Shown: piece by piece, positions 8,849 to 18,832 of the stretch
Layout of the letters: every line of letters begins with the position of its first letter
Position numbering within the stretch: the first letter of the stretch is position 1
Position numbers and translations under genes: made by a program
Virus record (IMG/VR): IMGVR_UViG_3300045988_123020
Span: 1 to 45,792 of that record
Direction: 5' to 3' (one strand)
DNA: 45,792 nucleotides
Source: a virus
The notes under the pieces: generated by a model
The model's database searches: none
Told to the model about the DNA's origin: nothing
Seen by the model: only the letters and a program-made list of their open reading frames with translations

Positions 8849-9373
8849 ATGAGCGAAACTGAGGAAGTTGCCCCGCCCGTGTCGGAAGCGGAAGCGGTTC
8901 GACGCCGGGAGATGTTGATTAGCGTTGCCGAGTTGGAGGCTCGCCTCAAGTACGCGTTGTCGCCTGACGAGAAGGACACGGCGGCGGCGGTGATTTGGGA
9001 CGCGTCAAACCTGGCTCGTCTGCATGGCAGGCCGTCGTGGATGGCGGACGCCGTTCCCCCGGTCGTTAAGACAATTGTCCGTAACGCGTGTGTCCGTTAC
9101 ATGGACCTGTCGGAGTCCGTTGTTCAGTCTCGTGCCGGTGATGAGACGGAGGCGTACACGGACTTGGCGTTGCGTACGGGCACGGTGTTCTATACGCCGG
9201 ATGAGGTGCGGACGCTGAGGCAGGCGGCGGGGTTGGATTCAACCCTGTCGGTTGTCCACACGTTCGTCCATTCTCCCGCTGCGCCGACGTCGAGGGATGT
9301 TGACCGTGGTTGGCGCAGGTGTGACTGGTGGTTGCCGGGTGCCCGCTTCAAGTGGAGCGAGGGGGGCCTGTAG
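8849..9373 (+). CDS. head-tail adaptor/connector protein
   Basis: First gene after the capsid gene, with RBS GAGGGGG. Size and position fit a gp6/gp15-like connector. Assignment is by synteny only. Confidence 0.55.
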   Translation: MSETEEVAPPVSEAEAVRRREMLISVAELEARLKYALSPDEKDTAAAVIWDASNLARLHGRPSWMADAVPPVVKTIVRNACVRYMDLSESVVQSRAGDETEAYTDLALRTGTVFYTPDEVRTLRQAAGLDSTLSVVHTFVHSPAAPTSRDVDRGWRRCDWWLPGARFKWSEGGL

Positions 9374-9780
9374 TGGCAGTTGGCAGACACAGGCGGATGA
9401 CGGGTGTTGTGTATGGGCGTAAGCGGGCGAGGGATGCGCGGGGGAACCTGGTGACTGTCCCGGACTTGGAGCGCCCGTACAAGTGCTACATGTCGATGAA
9501 GCAGATCAGGGCTAATCGTGGCGCGGCGAAGGGCCAGTTGACGAACGAGGTTGCGTTGATTCTGGTTGAGCCTCGCACGGTTGACGGGGAGCTGCTGACG
9601 GACGTCGGCGCGTGGACGTTGATCGAGTTCGACGGGAAGCAGTGGGATGCGGCGGCTCCTCCCGCGTTGAAGCGGGGGACGCGCAGGACGACTCATTGGG
9701 AGTTTGAGTGTAGGCCGCGTCCGCCGTCGAATCTGGCTGGGATTGGTGGTGGTGCTGGTGGCGACCATGCTGGTAACTGA
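9373..9780 (+). CDS. head closure / head-tail joining protein
   Basis: GTG overlaps the upstream stop (TAGTG). The ORF is open from 9328. Position is second in the connector block. Confidence 0.5.
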   Translation: MAVGRHRRMTGVVYGRKRARDARGNLVTVPDLERPYKCYMSMKQIRANRGAAKGQLTNEVALILVEPRTVDGELLTDVGAWTLIEFDGKQWDAAAPPALKRGTRRTTHWEFECRPRPPSNLAGIGGGAGGDHAGN

Positions 9781-10126
9781 GCAGCGGTTGAATAAGATCG
9801 TGTCTCATATGCCGCAGGTGCGGCGTGAGATTCGCGGCCAGACGAACAAGCGGGCGGCGGTCGCTAAGGCTAAGCTCGCCGCCCACCGCTACCAGGGGCA
9901 CGCGAAGATCGAGTCCTACGTGGCGTGGGTTGACGGCTATATCGTCCTGTCCGACGAGGACGGGTATGGTGCGGCGGCGGCTATCGAGTACGGGCGTAGC
10001 GGCGAGACGCGGTACAAGCCGATTCTTGATGACTCGGGGAAGATCGTCGGCAAGCGGGTTATCCACATTGGCCCCGCTAAGGGTGTGGGGGCGTTGGCGG
10101 CTGCTGCTGCTGGTGGCCGTGTTTGA
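9767..10126 (+). CDS. neck / tail-completion protein (HK97 gp10-like position)
   Basis: ATG 9767 overlaps the upstream stop region (ATGCTGGTAACTGA). The ORF is open from 9704. Assignment is by synteny. Confidence 0.5.
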   Translation: MLVTEQRLNKIVSHMPQVRREIRGQTNKRAAVAKAKLAAHRYQGHAKIESYVAWVDGYIVLSDEDGYGAAAAIEYGRSGETRYKPILDDSGKIVGKRVIHIGPAKGVGALAAAAAGGRV

Positions 10127-10598
10127 CGCGTCGAAGTTGAACCACGGTAGGCATGTGACGGTTGAGACGTTCCTGCCCGGCTGGTTGGAGGCGGACCTGC
10201 CTGACGGGGTGACGTGCAGGTCTCGTATCGAGGAGGGCAACTCGGTCCCGTACGTGATGGTTGTGGAGGTGCAGCCCACGACGGGAGGCCAGTTTATCCG
10301 GTCGGATGACGCGGTTGACGTGTTGGAGTTCGAGGTTCACACGTTCACGTCCGGGCTGGACGCTGAGGATGTGGCGTGGCGGATTAGCTGGTCGATTATC
10401 GAGTTGTTGCGCAAGTATGCGGCGCGGGGCAGGCGGGTTCCTGGCCGAGAGTCTTTCGTGAAGGCTTTCGAGTTGATGGAGCGGCCTCGCCGTCGTGAGG
10501 ACTGGGCGGATTCTACCGGCCCGGTTCAGTATCAGGATTTGCCGGTGGGCGTGGAGCGTTTCGTGTTCCAGGCCCGACTGGTGGTGTTGCACCGATGA
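10119..10598 (+). CDS. tail terminator protein
   Basis: GTG overlaps the upstream stop (GTGTTTGA). The ORF is open from 9825, but its upstream part is Arg/Ser-rich junk. It is the last gene before the major tail protein. Confidence 0.5.
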   Translation: MFDASKLNHGRHVTVETFLPGWLEADLPDGVTCRSRIEEGNSVPYVMVVEVQPTTGGQFIRSDDAVDVLEFEVHTFTSGLDAEDVAWRISWSIIELLRKYAARGRRVPGRESFVKAFELMERPRRREDWADSTGPVQYQDLPVGVERFVFQARLVVLHR

Positions 10599-10622
10599 TG
10601 GTGCAGGAATGGTGAGGTTGTT

Positions 10623-11183
10623 ATGGCGATGGATGATAACAAGACGTTGATTGTGGCGACTGCGCAGATTTACACTGCGCCGGTTGACACTAAGGCCCCT
10701 ACGCTCACGGCGTACAAGACGAACAAGACGACCGCCCTGACGGGTTGGACGAACATTGGTCACACGTCGGCGGAGAACCCTTTTAAGGCGTCTCGTAGTG
10801 GCGGCGACGTGACGACGAAGGGTTCGTTGCAGAAGAAGAAGCTGCGCACGTCGATTGGCGACGTGTCGTATTCGATTGAGATTGCGCTTGAGCAGTTCGA
10901 TGCGGCGTCGATTAAGCGTTACCTTGGTGCTAACGCTGCGACGGTGGACGGTATCACGTATGCGAAGTCCAAGCCGACTGCTGAGCATTGCGCTCTGCTG
11001 ATCATCGTAGAGGATGAGGGTAACGTGTGCTTTATCCATGCGGGTAAGGCGGACCTGGTTGCTAATGGCGACTTTGACGTGAACAGCGTTGAGGAGTTGG
11101 CGTCGTTGCCGATTAAGTTCGAGATTCTTGAGGACAGGAACGGCAACACGCTCGGTATCGGCGAGGTTATGTCGCTGGCCTGA
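10623..11183 (+). CDS. major tail protein
   Basis: A 186-aa ORF with RBS GGTGAGG. It lies directly upstream of the chaperone/frameshift pair and the tape measure. The N-terminus MAMDDNKTLIVATAQIYTAPVDTKAPTL is typical of siphoviral tail tube proteins. A terminator follows. Confidence 0.8.
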   Translation: MAMDDNKTLIVATAQIYTAPVDTKAPTLTAYKTNKTTALTGWTNIGHTSAENPFKASRSGGDVTTKGSLQKKKLRTSIGDVSYSIEIALEQFDAASIKRYLGANAATVDGITYAKSKPTAEHCALLIIVEDEGNVCFIHAGKADLVANGDFDVNSVEELASLPIKFEILEDRNGNTLGIGEVMSLA

Positions 11184-11194
11184 TTGAGGCTTGA

Positions 11195-11254
11195 GGGGGT
11201 GGCCCGTGTAGGGCGGGTGCCAGGGTGGCTACGCGGGCCGCTCCCTTTATTTTT
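11195..11254 (+). terminator. intrinsic terminator after the major tail gene
   Basis: An 11-bp stem GGGGGTGGCCC/GGGCCGCTCCC (2 G:U pairs) has a structured loop and is followed by TTTATTTTT. Confidence 0.5.
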
Positions 11255-11293
11255 CCTGGCATACCACTGTGGCACTATTTTTGGAGGTTTGTA

Positions 11294-11626
11294 ATGACTG
11301 CGATTGATTTTGAACACCTTGACCTGGATGCTCTGCGCGCCGAGGCGAACAACAAGTACAAGAACCTTGAGGTTCGCGGCGTGGTGTTTCGTGGCCTGAT
11401 GCGAGTGAGCAAGGCTGATCGTGAGCGCTTCAATGAGCTGACGGCTGCTCGCCAGGCGGGCGAGGCGCAGACGGATGTGACGGAGTTTTACCGTGACATG
11501 CTGATGCTGGTCGCGGAGGACAAGGCCGAGGCGGAAAAGCTGCTTGATGACATTGGTGAGGATGCGGCTGTGCTGGATACGCTGGTGTCGCTCTACTTTG
11601 AGCGTACGCAGGTGGGGGAAGCCTAG
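11294..11626 (+). CDS. tail assembly chaperone (G-like, zero-frame product)
   Basis: RBS GGAGG lies 6 nt before ATG 11294. The small acidic protein sits between the major tail and tape measure genes. Confidence 0.8.
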   Translation: MTAIDFEHLDLDALRAEANNKYKNLEVRGVVFRGLMRVSKADRERFNELTAARQAGEAQTDVTEFYRDMLMLVAEDKAEAEKLLDDIGEDAAVLDTLVSLYFERTQVGEA

Positions 11627-12009
11627 CCGTCGCAGGCTTGCTGGATAAGGCGGGGACGGGGATTTACGCGGATTTTCGACTCTACTATGGGATTGACCTG
11701 GTGGAGGCGGTAGAGAGTGGTTCCCCGTCCCCGCGTTTTTTGCTTGCTCTGGTGCGCGGGTTGCCGGATGGTTGTTGGACGCAGGCGTTGTTGGCGGAGA
11801 TGCCTGAGTTGCGTGGGTGGACGCGGGAGATGTCGTTGATGGCGGACGTGTTTGACAACATTTCGGTGAATACGGTGGCGACTGGTTTTGGGAAGTCGCG
11901 GCGTCCGATGTTGTGGCCGGGCCGTCCTGGGGTGAAGCAAACGTTTGCGGCGGAGAAGTGCACCGTGATGGGCGTGAGGCGGATGTTCGTGGACCTTGTT
12001 TCGGGGTGA
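11294..12009 (+). CDS. tail assembly chaperone, -1 frameshift fusion product (GT-like)
   Basis: The -1 frame is open from 11602 to 12009 and overlaps the last 8 codons of the zero-frame ORF. This is the canonical G/GT arrangement upstream of a tape measure gene. Confidence 0.7.
11611..11620 (+). promoter_or_regulatory. candidate -1 slippery site G_GGG_GAA
   Basis: GGTGGGGGAA is the only homopolymeric run inside the 23-nt window (11602-11624) where both frames are open. The zero frame reads GTG GGG GAA GCC TAG. Confidence 0.5.
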
Positions 12010-12068
12010 CCGGGCTGCTGTCTCGCCCTCCTCGCGGGGCCTGTTTTGTGTGAGGGGGGTTGATGTGA

Positions 12069-15000
12069 TTGGGCGCAGAGGCCGGTAATGTTGTTGCGCG
12101 TCTTGCCGTGAAGGTGACGCCGGATACTAAGGATTTCTGGGGTGACTTGTCGCGGCGTTTGGACGCTATTGAGCGTCGTTTGCAGCCGCTTGAGGTTGGC
12201 GTCGAGTTGGACGAAAACGCGTTGCGTGAGCGCGTGAGGGTGATGTCTGAGCGGGCGCAGGCGGCGGTGAAGGATGTCCAGATGGGCGTCCATTTTGATG
12301 AGCGAGAGTTCGCGAAGATCGGCACGATGGCTGATCGCTTGGATGACGCGGCGGAGCGGCACGCGGGCACACTGTCGAAGGTCTACGACGGTGACATGGA
12401 TACGATTCGTCGCCATTGGTCGTCGGCGCTAGATGCGATGAAGCGGGACGCGGCTAAGCGGTTGAAGTTTAAGGGTCCCCATCCTGACGAGGATTCGTAT
12501 TGGCGTGGGCATACCGAGTCGGCGTTCCGCATGTGGTATGGGCGTCGCGGTGAGGAGATGCGTAGGGCGTTCCGCGCGTTGGGTCCGGTTGAGTTTGAGT
12601 TGCGGCCTGACGACCAGTGGCAGGAGCGCGTACGCGGCGTGCTGGACGGGTTTTTCTCGAAGGAGTACACGGGCCGGGTCAAGTGGCGTGTTGACGAGGA
12701 CTTGAATGACGTCGGGGCGTTGCGCAGACTGCGGTCCCGCATGGAGCGCGAGTTCGCTCGCGGCTGGAAGTACGTAGTTGACCCCGACGTCGATGTGAAG
12801 TCTGGCCGCATTGATGCGGCGTTGGACAAGCTGCGTCATGAGATGCGTGAGCGGGCTTTCGGTAAGCATGATGCTTTCCATCTCGAAATTAAGCCGAACA
12901 TGAGTGACCATGAGCTGCGCGAGGTGGGGCGGAAGCTCAAGCACTTCAAGCGCAAGTGGGATGACACTGAGTTGGAGTTCAAGCTGAGCTTGGATCACTC
13001 GTCCCGGTATGTGGCTGCGGCCAGGTTGGCGATGTTGGCTCGTGACAGGTGGGTGAAGCTGCGCCCGGTGATCGACCACAAGGCGATGGTTATTGCGCGG
13101 GAGACGTTGGCCGCGATGTCGGGTTGGCGTTTGGCGTCGGACTTGACGCATAACGTGTGGGACCTGGTGAAGAATCTGGACAAGATGGTGCCGTTGATTG
13201 GCACGGTTGGTGCCGGGTTCGCGGTGGCCGGTTCTGGCGTGACGCAATTGTTGAAGCACACGTTTACGCTTGGCGGCGCGGTCGCTAACGTGCTGCAGGC
13301 GGCGGCGTTGTTGGGTCCGACTCTGGCGATTTCTGCCGGGTTTATCGGGTACACGGCGGTGCAGGCGGCGAAGGTTGCGACGGAAATTGTGCCCGGCCTT
13401 GAGGACGCGTTCCACAAGATGAATGACGCGGCTCAACATGGGTTCTGGGACGCGGTGTCGGACGATCAGATAGCGAAGATCACGGACTCGTTCTTCCCTG
13501 AGATGGAGGCCGGGTTCGCCCGGTTGTCGAAGGCGATGGGCGGGCATTTCGGTAAGCTGATTGACTCGTTCGACCGGGTGCTTAAGCCTCATATTGCTGA
13601 GATGTTTGACCATTCAGCCGCGGGCGTTGACAAGCTGGGCGAGCACACTGATTCGTTGATGACGATCCTTGGCGTGCTGGGCAAGCATGGGTCCAAGACG
13701 ATGGAGCGTTTCTTGGGGTGGCTCGGCGAGGCGACGGACAAGTACGCGGATTGGCTGGTGAAGGCTGAGCGGTCGGGCCGGTTGCAGGAGATTATCGACC
13801 GGGGCATTGACACGTTGAAGGATTTCGGTCGCGCTGTCGGTAGTGCGGGCGGCATCTTGCATGGGTTCTATAAGGCGGCTGAGGAGCAGGGCGGCGCGAC
13901 GATGAAGCGTTTCGCTGACGGGCTTGAGGCTGTGAACAAGGTCGTGAATGGGCACAAGTTCCAGACTGGCTTGAAGCGCGTGTTCTGGGGCATGGACCGG
14001 GCCTGGGATCGCTTCAAGGATGAGACGCGGGGCGTGTGGGGCGAATTCGCGTCCTCCTGGTCGCATCTGGCCGCTGAGGTTGGTCAGGCGATGGGCCGCG
14101 TGGGCGGTAAGTTCACGAAGGCCATACTGACGTCGTTCAGCGGTAAGGACTTCAACAAGGGGTTCAATAACCTGTTCGACGGGCTGGCGGATGGCCTGTC
14201 GCGCATTGCGGGCGCATGGCCCAAGGTGTCGAAGGGCCTCGGGTCCCTGATGTCGTTTATGGGGTCGCTGGGCAGGGGCCTGTCTCCCGTTGTTGGCGCG
14301 GCTTTGGAGGCGCTGGCTCACGCTGCTGAGCGTTTGGGTCCGGCGTTGTCGAGGGCTGTGGAGAAGGGTGGTCCGGCGTTGGGTCGGGCTATCGAGACGT
14401 GGGGCAAGATTGCGACGCCGGTCGCTGAGGCGTTGTCGAAGCTGCTGGACGCGCTGGTTCGTATTCCTGGCGCTGTTGAGGCGGTGGCGACGGGGTTCAT
14501 TGCTTTCCGTGGCTTGTCGTCTGCGGCGTCCCTGGTGAAGGCCCTGTCTGGCGCGTTGTCTGGGCTGCGGGCTGATTCGTTGGCGGCGAAGGACGCGTTG
14601 TTGAAGTTTGCGGCTGCTCGCACGGGCGCGGCGGCTGGCGAGGTGGCGGCTGTGGCTGCTGGCGGTGCTGCTGGTCAGGTTGGCCGGTTTGGTGGCGTGG
14701 CGTCGAAGGTGCAGGGCGCGATGGGTAAGGTGGCCAAGGGGGCGGCTGGCGTGGTGTCGTTCTTGACTGGCCCGTGGGGCCTGGCGATTGCGGGCGCTGG
14801 CTTGGCGCTGGGTGGGCTGATTTCGTGGTCTAACCAGGCGTCGGACGCGTTGAGTAACGATCTTGCTAACGCGTTTACGAAGGTCGCTGATGGTGCTGAT
14901 GGGGCATCGGCTAAGGTGTCGGCCCTGATGGGCCAGGTTGTGGCGAAGGCTGATCCGGGCGGGAAGCTCGCCAAGACGCCCTTTGGGGTTGACCTGGCGT

Positions 15001-16919
15001 TGAAGAATTACCGGGAATCCCCCCGGTGGGCTAACTGGTTTTCCGCTGGCCTTGGCGAGTTTGGTGCCGGTAACGTTCATGCGACAAGTGCTGCTGTGAA
15101 TATCTCGGACGCGTTTGATCGCATTGGCGAGATTGCTCGTTCGGGTAATGTTGCGGGCGCTGTCGAGGCGTTGCGTCAGATGCGCGAGGAGCTTGTTAAG
15201 GGCGGCGCGTCGAATCAGGAGTGGGACAAGACGCTGGATACGGCGCTTGATTCCGTGACTGGTTTGCGCTCAGGTCTTGAGGAGTATGCGAAGTCAATGG
15301 GGTATGCGACAGACAAGCAGTCGTTGCATAACTTGTTGATGGGGCAAACAAATTTGTTGTGGCAGAAGGCGCAGGCGGATCAGGCTCGGTTGGCGTGGAA
15401 TACGGCGGCTTTCGGTGCGGCGATGGATCAGAACTTTGCGAAGTGGGGTTTTGGCGCGAAGAAGGCTGAGGGTTTGCATGCGGCTATTGAGCGTGTCGGC
15501 CAGTCGATGATCGACGTCGCTGCGGCGGCTCGTGATTCTAATGGCGAGGCGGTGCAGTCGGTTGAGACTGTGTTGTCGAACTTGCAGGCGCAGGTTGATG
15601 CGCAGGCGGCGGTGGCTCAGAACATGCTGGACCTTGCGTCGGCTGGTTTCAGCACGCAGGTGTTGGAGCAGCTGGCTCAGTTGCCTCAGGGTGCTCAGTA
15701 TTTGCAGCAGTTGAAGGACGCGTTGGCGGATACGTCTGATGAGGGTAAGGCGCATTTGCAGGAGTTGATGGATCAGGTGAACGGGCTTGGTCCGGCGCTG
15801 CAGGGTGCGGCGTGGAATGCTACGCCCGCGTTGCAGGCGTTCCATGATGCGGTGACTGGTTCGTTTGACGGGATGAAGCAGGGCGTTGTTGCGGCGTTGG
15901 ATGAGTTGGGTGCGGACGCGGGTGTTCGGGCTGCGGCTGCTGGCGCTACGACGACGGATGAGTTGATTAAGGCTCTGTCTGGTGCGGGCGTGCAGATCAG
16001 TGAGACGGCTGATGGTTGGGCGTTGACGTTGGAGGGTAAGACGGCGAAGTTCTCGTCGGCGGGCACGAACAATGCCACCTCGTATGTGAATGCGATTTCG
16101 GCTGCTCAGATGTCGGCTCAGATCGCGGGCTCTTTGGTGGGCAATCAGGCTCATGCGGGCTTGTCTGCACCGAATTATGCTCAGCCTGGCTCTGCGGGTG
16201 GTTCCAGCTTTGCGTCGGCCTTGGGGTCGATGGCTGGCCGGGCGTATTCGGCGGCGTCGAGCTTGGTGTCGCAGGCTGTGGCTGGCGTGAGTACGGCTGC
16301 GAGCCAGTTGTGGAGCATGGGTGTGAACGCGGGCGCGTCGTTTGCGAGCGGCCTCATGAGCAGGGTGCAGGGTGCGATTGCGTCGGCGCAGTCGATGGCG
16401 AATTCTGTGGTGTCTGGCGTAAAGACGGCGTTGGATATTAACTCGCCATCGAAGGTGTTCCGTAAGATCGGTTATAGCGTGCCGGAGGGTTTCGCTCAGG
16501 GTATTGAGCGGGCTGCCGGGTGGGCGACCGATGCGGCTGTGGGGATGGCGTCTGAGACGGTTGGTGCGGCTCGCGGCGTGCTAGAGATTAACAGCCCGTC
16601 GAAGGTGTTCCGTCGTTTCGGCGAGTTCATTCCGCAGGGCTTGGCTGGTGGTATTCGTAGTGAGGCGGATGCTGCTGTGCGTGAGGCTGAGGCGATGGCT
16701 GGCCGCGTGGTTGAGGCTGGTTCTGGTGTGCGGATGCGCGTGTTTGATGGCGGACGTTTTGACGTGTCGCAGGATTCGCGCATGACGGTGCATGTTGATC
16801 CTGAGTCGTTGCGTGGCGCCCGGTTTGGTCTGCGTTTGTCGGATGAGACGGAGCTTGAGACGTTCATTAGTGACGTGGCTGATGGACGCGTTGTCGAGTA
16901 TGCGCGTATGGGCGCGTAG
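12069..16919 (+). CDS. tape measure protein
   Basis: A 1616-aa Ala/Gly-rich helical protein follows the chaperone pair. It has central hydrophobic segments and two C-terminal copies of the (D/E)INSPSKVFR motif common in tape measure proteins. TTG start after a GAGGGGGG RBS. Confidence 0.9.
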   Translation: MGAEAGNVVARLAVKVTPDTKDFWGDLSRRLDAIERRLQPLEVGVELDENALRERVRVMSERAQAAVKDVQMGVHFDEREFAKIGTMADRLDDAAERHAGTLSKVYDGDMDTIRRHWSSALDAMKRDAAKRLKFKGPHPDEDSYWRGHTESAFRMWYGRRGEEMRRAFRALGPVEFELRPDDQWQERVRGVLDGFFSKEYTGRVKWRVDEDLNDVGALRRLRSRMEREFARGWKYVVDPDVDVKSGRIDAALDKLRHEMRERAFGKHDAFHLEIKPNMSDHELREVGRKLKHFKRKWDDTELEFKLSLDHSSRYVAAARLAMLARDRWVKLRPVIDHKAMVIARETLAAMSGWRLASDLTHNVWDLVKNLDKMVPLIGTVGAGFAVAGSGVTQLLKHTFTLGGAVANVLQAAALLGPTLAISAGFIGYTAVQAAKVATEIVPGLEDAFHKMNDAAQHGFWDAVSDDQIAKITDSFFPEMEAGFARLSKAMGGHFGKLIDSFDRVLKPHIAEMFDHSAAGVDKLGEHTDSLMTILGVLGKHGSKTMERFLGWLGEATDKYADWLVKAERSGRLQEIIDRGIDTLKDFGRAVGSAGGILHGFYKAAEEQGGATMKRFADGLEAVNKVVNGHKFQTGLKRVFWGMDRAWDRFKDETRGVWGEFASSWSHLAAEVGQAMGRVGGKFTKAILTSFSGKDFNKGFNNLFDGLADGLSRIAGAWPKVSKGLGSLMSFMGSLGRGLSPVVGAALEALAHAAERLGPALSRAVEKGGPALGRAIETWGKIATPVAEALSKLLDALVRIPGAVEAVATGFIAFRGLSSAASLVKALSGALSGLRADSLAAKDALLKFAAARTGAAAGEVAAVAAGGAAGQVGRFGGVASKVQGAMGKVAKGAAGVVSFLTGPWGLAIAGAGLALGGLISWSNQASDALSNDLANAFTKVADGADGASAKVSALMGQVVAKADPGGKLAKTPFGVDLALKNYRESPRWANWFSAGLGEFGAGNVHATSAAVNISDAFDRIGEIARSGNVAGAVEALRQMREELVKGGASNQEWDKTLDTALDSVTGLRSGLEEYAKSMGYATDKQSLHNLLMGQTNLLWQKAQADQARLAWNTAAFGAAMDQNFAKWGFGAKKAEGLHAAIERVGQSMIDVAAAARDSNGEAVQSVETVLSNLQAQVDAQAAVAQNMLDLASAGFSTQVLEQLAQLPQGAQYLQQLKDALADTSDEGKAHLQELMDQVNGLGPALQGAAWNATPALQAFHDAVTGSFDGMKQGVVAALDELGADAGVRAAAAGATTTDELIKALSGAGVQISETADGWALTLEGKTAKFSSAGTNNATSYVNAISAAQMSAQIAGSLVGNQAHAGLSAPNYAQPGSAGGSSFASALGSMAGRAYSAASSLVSQAVAGVSTAASQLWSMGVNAGASFASGLMSRVQGAIASAQSMANSVVSGVKTALDINSPSKVFRKIGYSVPEGFAQGIERAAGWATDAAVGMASETVGAARGVLEINSPSKVFRRFGEFIPQGLAGGIRSEADAAVREAEAMAGRVVEAGSGVRMRVFDGGRFDVSQDSRMTVHVDPESLRGARFGLRLSDETELETFISDVADGRVVEYARMGA

Positions 16920-17015
16920 CGGCCCTCTGTGGGGCGGGCGGCTACTCTCCTACTGGCTTGGTCTGGTGGGGGCGCGGTCGCCCTCCTGGGGGCCTTTTTG
17001 GAGGTGTTTTTGGGC

Positions 17016-17771
17016 ATGGTTCAGGGGCCGATGTTTAAGGGGTTTATTCACCGCGTGACGGGGTTGCCGACGTTCGCGGTTAACGTGGGTGGCGTGTTGA
17101 AGGCGGACGGGAAGTTCGTGTGCAAGATTGAGCGCAGGTGGCAGGACCCGTGGTTTAGTCCGTGGGTGTTCTCTTACGTGATGGCCCCTGTGGGCGAGGC
17201 GGTCGGCTATACGCTTGAGGGGGCTGATGGTCGCACGTACGGGCCGGTGTGGTTGACGCGGACTGCTACCGGGTGCCCGGATGGTGGCGCGTCGGTTGCC
17301 CCTCAGGATGGTCGCGGCGTGTTCGTGGACTTGTATGAGGATACGGGTGATCTGCTGCGGTGGGAGAACCAGGTGAGCGAGTATGAGAACGGCGTGATCC
17401 GGTTCAAGCGGGGCAAGTTGTCGGGGTCGTCAAGGTTCGTGGTGGATACGCCCGAGAGGGTCCGTCAGGTGCGTGACGTGTTGGAGGCCCCTGGGTTGAC
17501 GTTGATCACGTTGGGCCAGCCCGCGAAGGGCGTGGACGGCGTCAGGAGCGTTCTGGTGAAGTCGGCGCGCTACGACCGACTGTCCCCCGAGGGTGATCGT
17601 CAGATCGATGTCGAGTGGACGATGCAGCCGTTCCCCGGCCCGAAGGGCGAGTGGGGTTTGGATGGCGCGGTAATCCCGTCTGCGACGTGGGGTGACGCTA
17701 TCGCTCAGGGCCGCAAGTGGGGGAACTGGACGGTACTGGACGTAATGAAGGGCGTGGGGTTTGTGGCGTGA
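17016..17771 (+). CDS. distal tail protein (Dit position)
   Basis: First gene after the tape measure gene. RBS GGAGG precedes ATG 17016 (ORF open from 16929). Confidence 0.6.
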   Translation: MVQGPMFKGFIHRVTGLPTFAVNVGGVLKADGKFVCKIERRWQDPWFSPWVFSYVMAPVGEAVGYTLEGADGRTYGPVWLTRTATGCPDGGASVAPQDGRGVFVDLYEDTGDLLRWENQVSEYENGVIRFKRGKLSGSSRFVVDTPERVRQVRDVLEAPGLTLITLGQPAKGVDGVRSVLVKSARYDRLSPEGDRQIDVEWTMQPFPGPKGEWGLDGAVIPSATWGDAIAQGRKWGNWTVLDVMKGVGFVA

Positions 17772-18832
17772 GAAGTCCCGAGGAGTTGAGCGTTGACGTC
17801 CTGACGTTGCCGTGCCGAGTGTGGGCGACCGTGAAGGTGACGCGCGGGAGTGTCGTGTTGGCGGATGATGTGCCGGTGGAGGCTGGACAGTTGGAGTTGT
17901 CGTCTGGGCAGACAACGCAGGAGCGCCTGTCGTTGACGTTGTCCCCGGATTGGACGCCCGTAAATGAGTGGAGTCCGTTCGCGCCGTACGGTCAGGTGGC
18001 GCGGCTGATGGTTCACGTGGAGCCTCAGGGGGCGTCCCCGTTCGTGGTGGACCGGGGGTCGTTCTTGTTGCATGAGGTGACGTGGGATGCTGGCACGACG
18101 GGGCCGGTGAAGGTCACGGCGTATTCGCTGCTGCAGCGTCTTGTGGATGATGATTTCCCGTTTCCGACATCCCCTGACGCGAAGGCGACGTTGAAGCGCG
18201 AGGTGGAGCGCTTGTGTTACCCGCATCTTGTTCCCGTGTTGGAGTGTGATGATCCTGTTCTTCCTGGCGGCTTGTCGTGGGGGAACAAACGCGTCGAGGC
18301 GTTGGGGAAGCTCGCGGAAATGTATGGGCTGCGGTTCTACGTGGGGCCGGATGACGCTCTGCATGTGGTTGATTCGACCCGGCGTGGCGTGGTGGCCTCG
18401 TATTCGGGTGAGGACTTGTTGCTGTCGGAAGCGCGGAAGGCGTCGCATGCGGTGCCGAATAGGTGGACGGCGGTGTCCAATTCGGCGCAGGGCGGTAAGT
18501 CTCACTCGGGTGGCTTGTCGCATACGGTTGAGGTGAATGCGGGGCCTCGCGCGGCCTCCCTGTATGGGGTTGTGCATAAGGTGTTGCAGGTTCAGGCGGG
18601 GTCGCAGGATGAGATTGTTGCGGCGGCTGACCGGGCGATGCGTGAGGCGACGTCTGGCGGTGACGTGAGGTCGTTCAAGATTGTGCAGGATTACCGGCTG
18701 GACCTGGGTGACTTGATTCAAGTGCGGACACCTGACGATGAAGTGGTTGCCGGTGTAGTGACTGGCTTGGTGATGGACTTTTCCGGTGGCGCGCAGACGA
18801 TGCGCGTTGACGTGCGAGAGAAGGTGGTGTGA
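17768..18832 (+). CDS. minor tail / baseplate hub protein (Tal position)
   Basis: GTGA start-stop overlap with the Dit gene. It is the second gene after the tape measure gene. The ORF is open from 17717. Confidence 0.55.
   Translation: MRSPEELSVDVLTLPCRVWATVKVTRGSVVLADDVPVEAGQLELSSGQTTQERLSLTLSPDWTPVNEWSPFAPYGQVARLMVHVEPQGASPFVVDRGSFLLHEVTWDAGTTGPVKVTAYSLLQRLVDDDFPFPTSPDAKATLKREVERLCYPHLVPVLECDDPVLPGGLSWGNKRVEALGKLAEMYGLRFYVGPDDALHVVDSTRRGVVASYSGEDLLLSEARKASHAVPNRWTAVSNSAQGGKSHSGGLSHTVEVNAGPRAASLYGVVHKVLQVQAGSQDEIVAAADRAMREATSGGDVRSFKIVQDYRLDLGDLIQVRTPDDEVVAGVVTGLVMDFSGGAQTMRVDVREKVV

Noticed and set aside
11638-12009. The ORF at 11638-12009 as an independent gene starting at TTG
   Set aside because: There is no RBS. 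The frame is open upstream to 11602 and overlaps the end of the chaperone gene in the -1 frame, which is the conserved G/GT frameshift arrangement. It is reported as a fusion product instead.
12429-16154. Large minus-strand ORFs inside the tape measure gene (12429-13613, 13614-15080, 15294-16154) and inside terL/portal (1747-3309, 3535-4707, 4406-5206)
   Set aside because: They lie antisense to strongly supported structural genes. Their products are Arg/His/Pro/Gln-rich and lack any domain signature. They are shadow ORFs.
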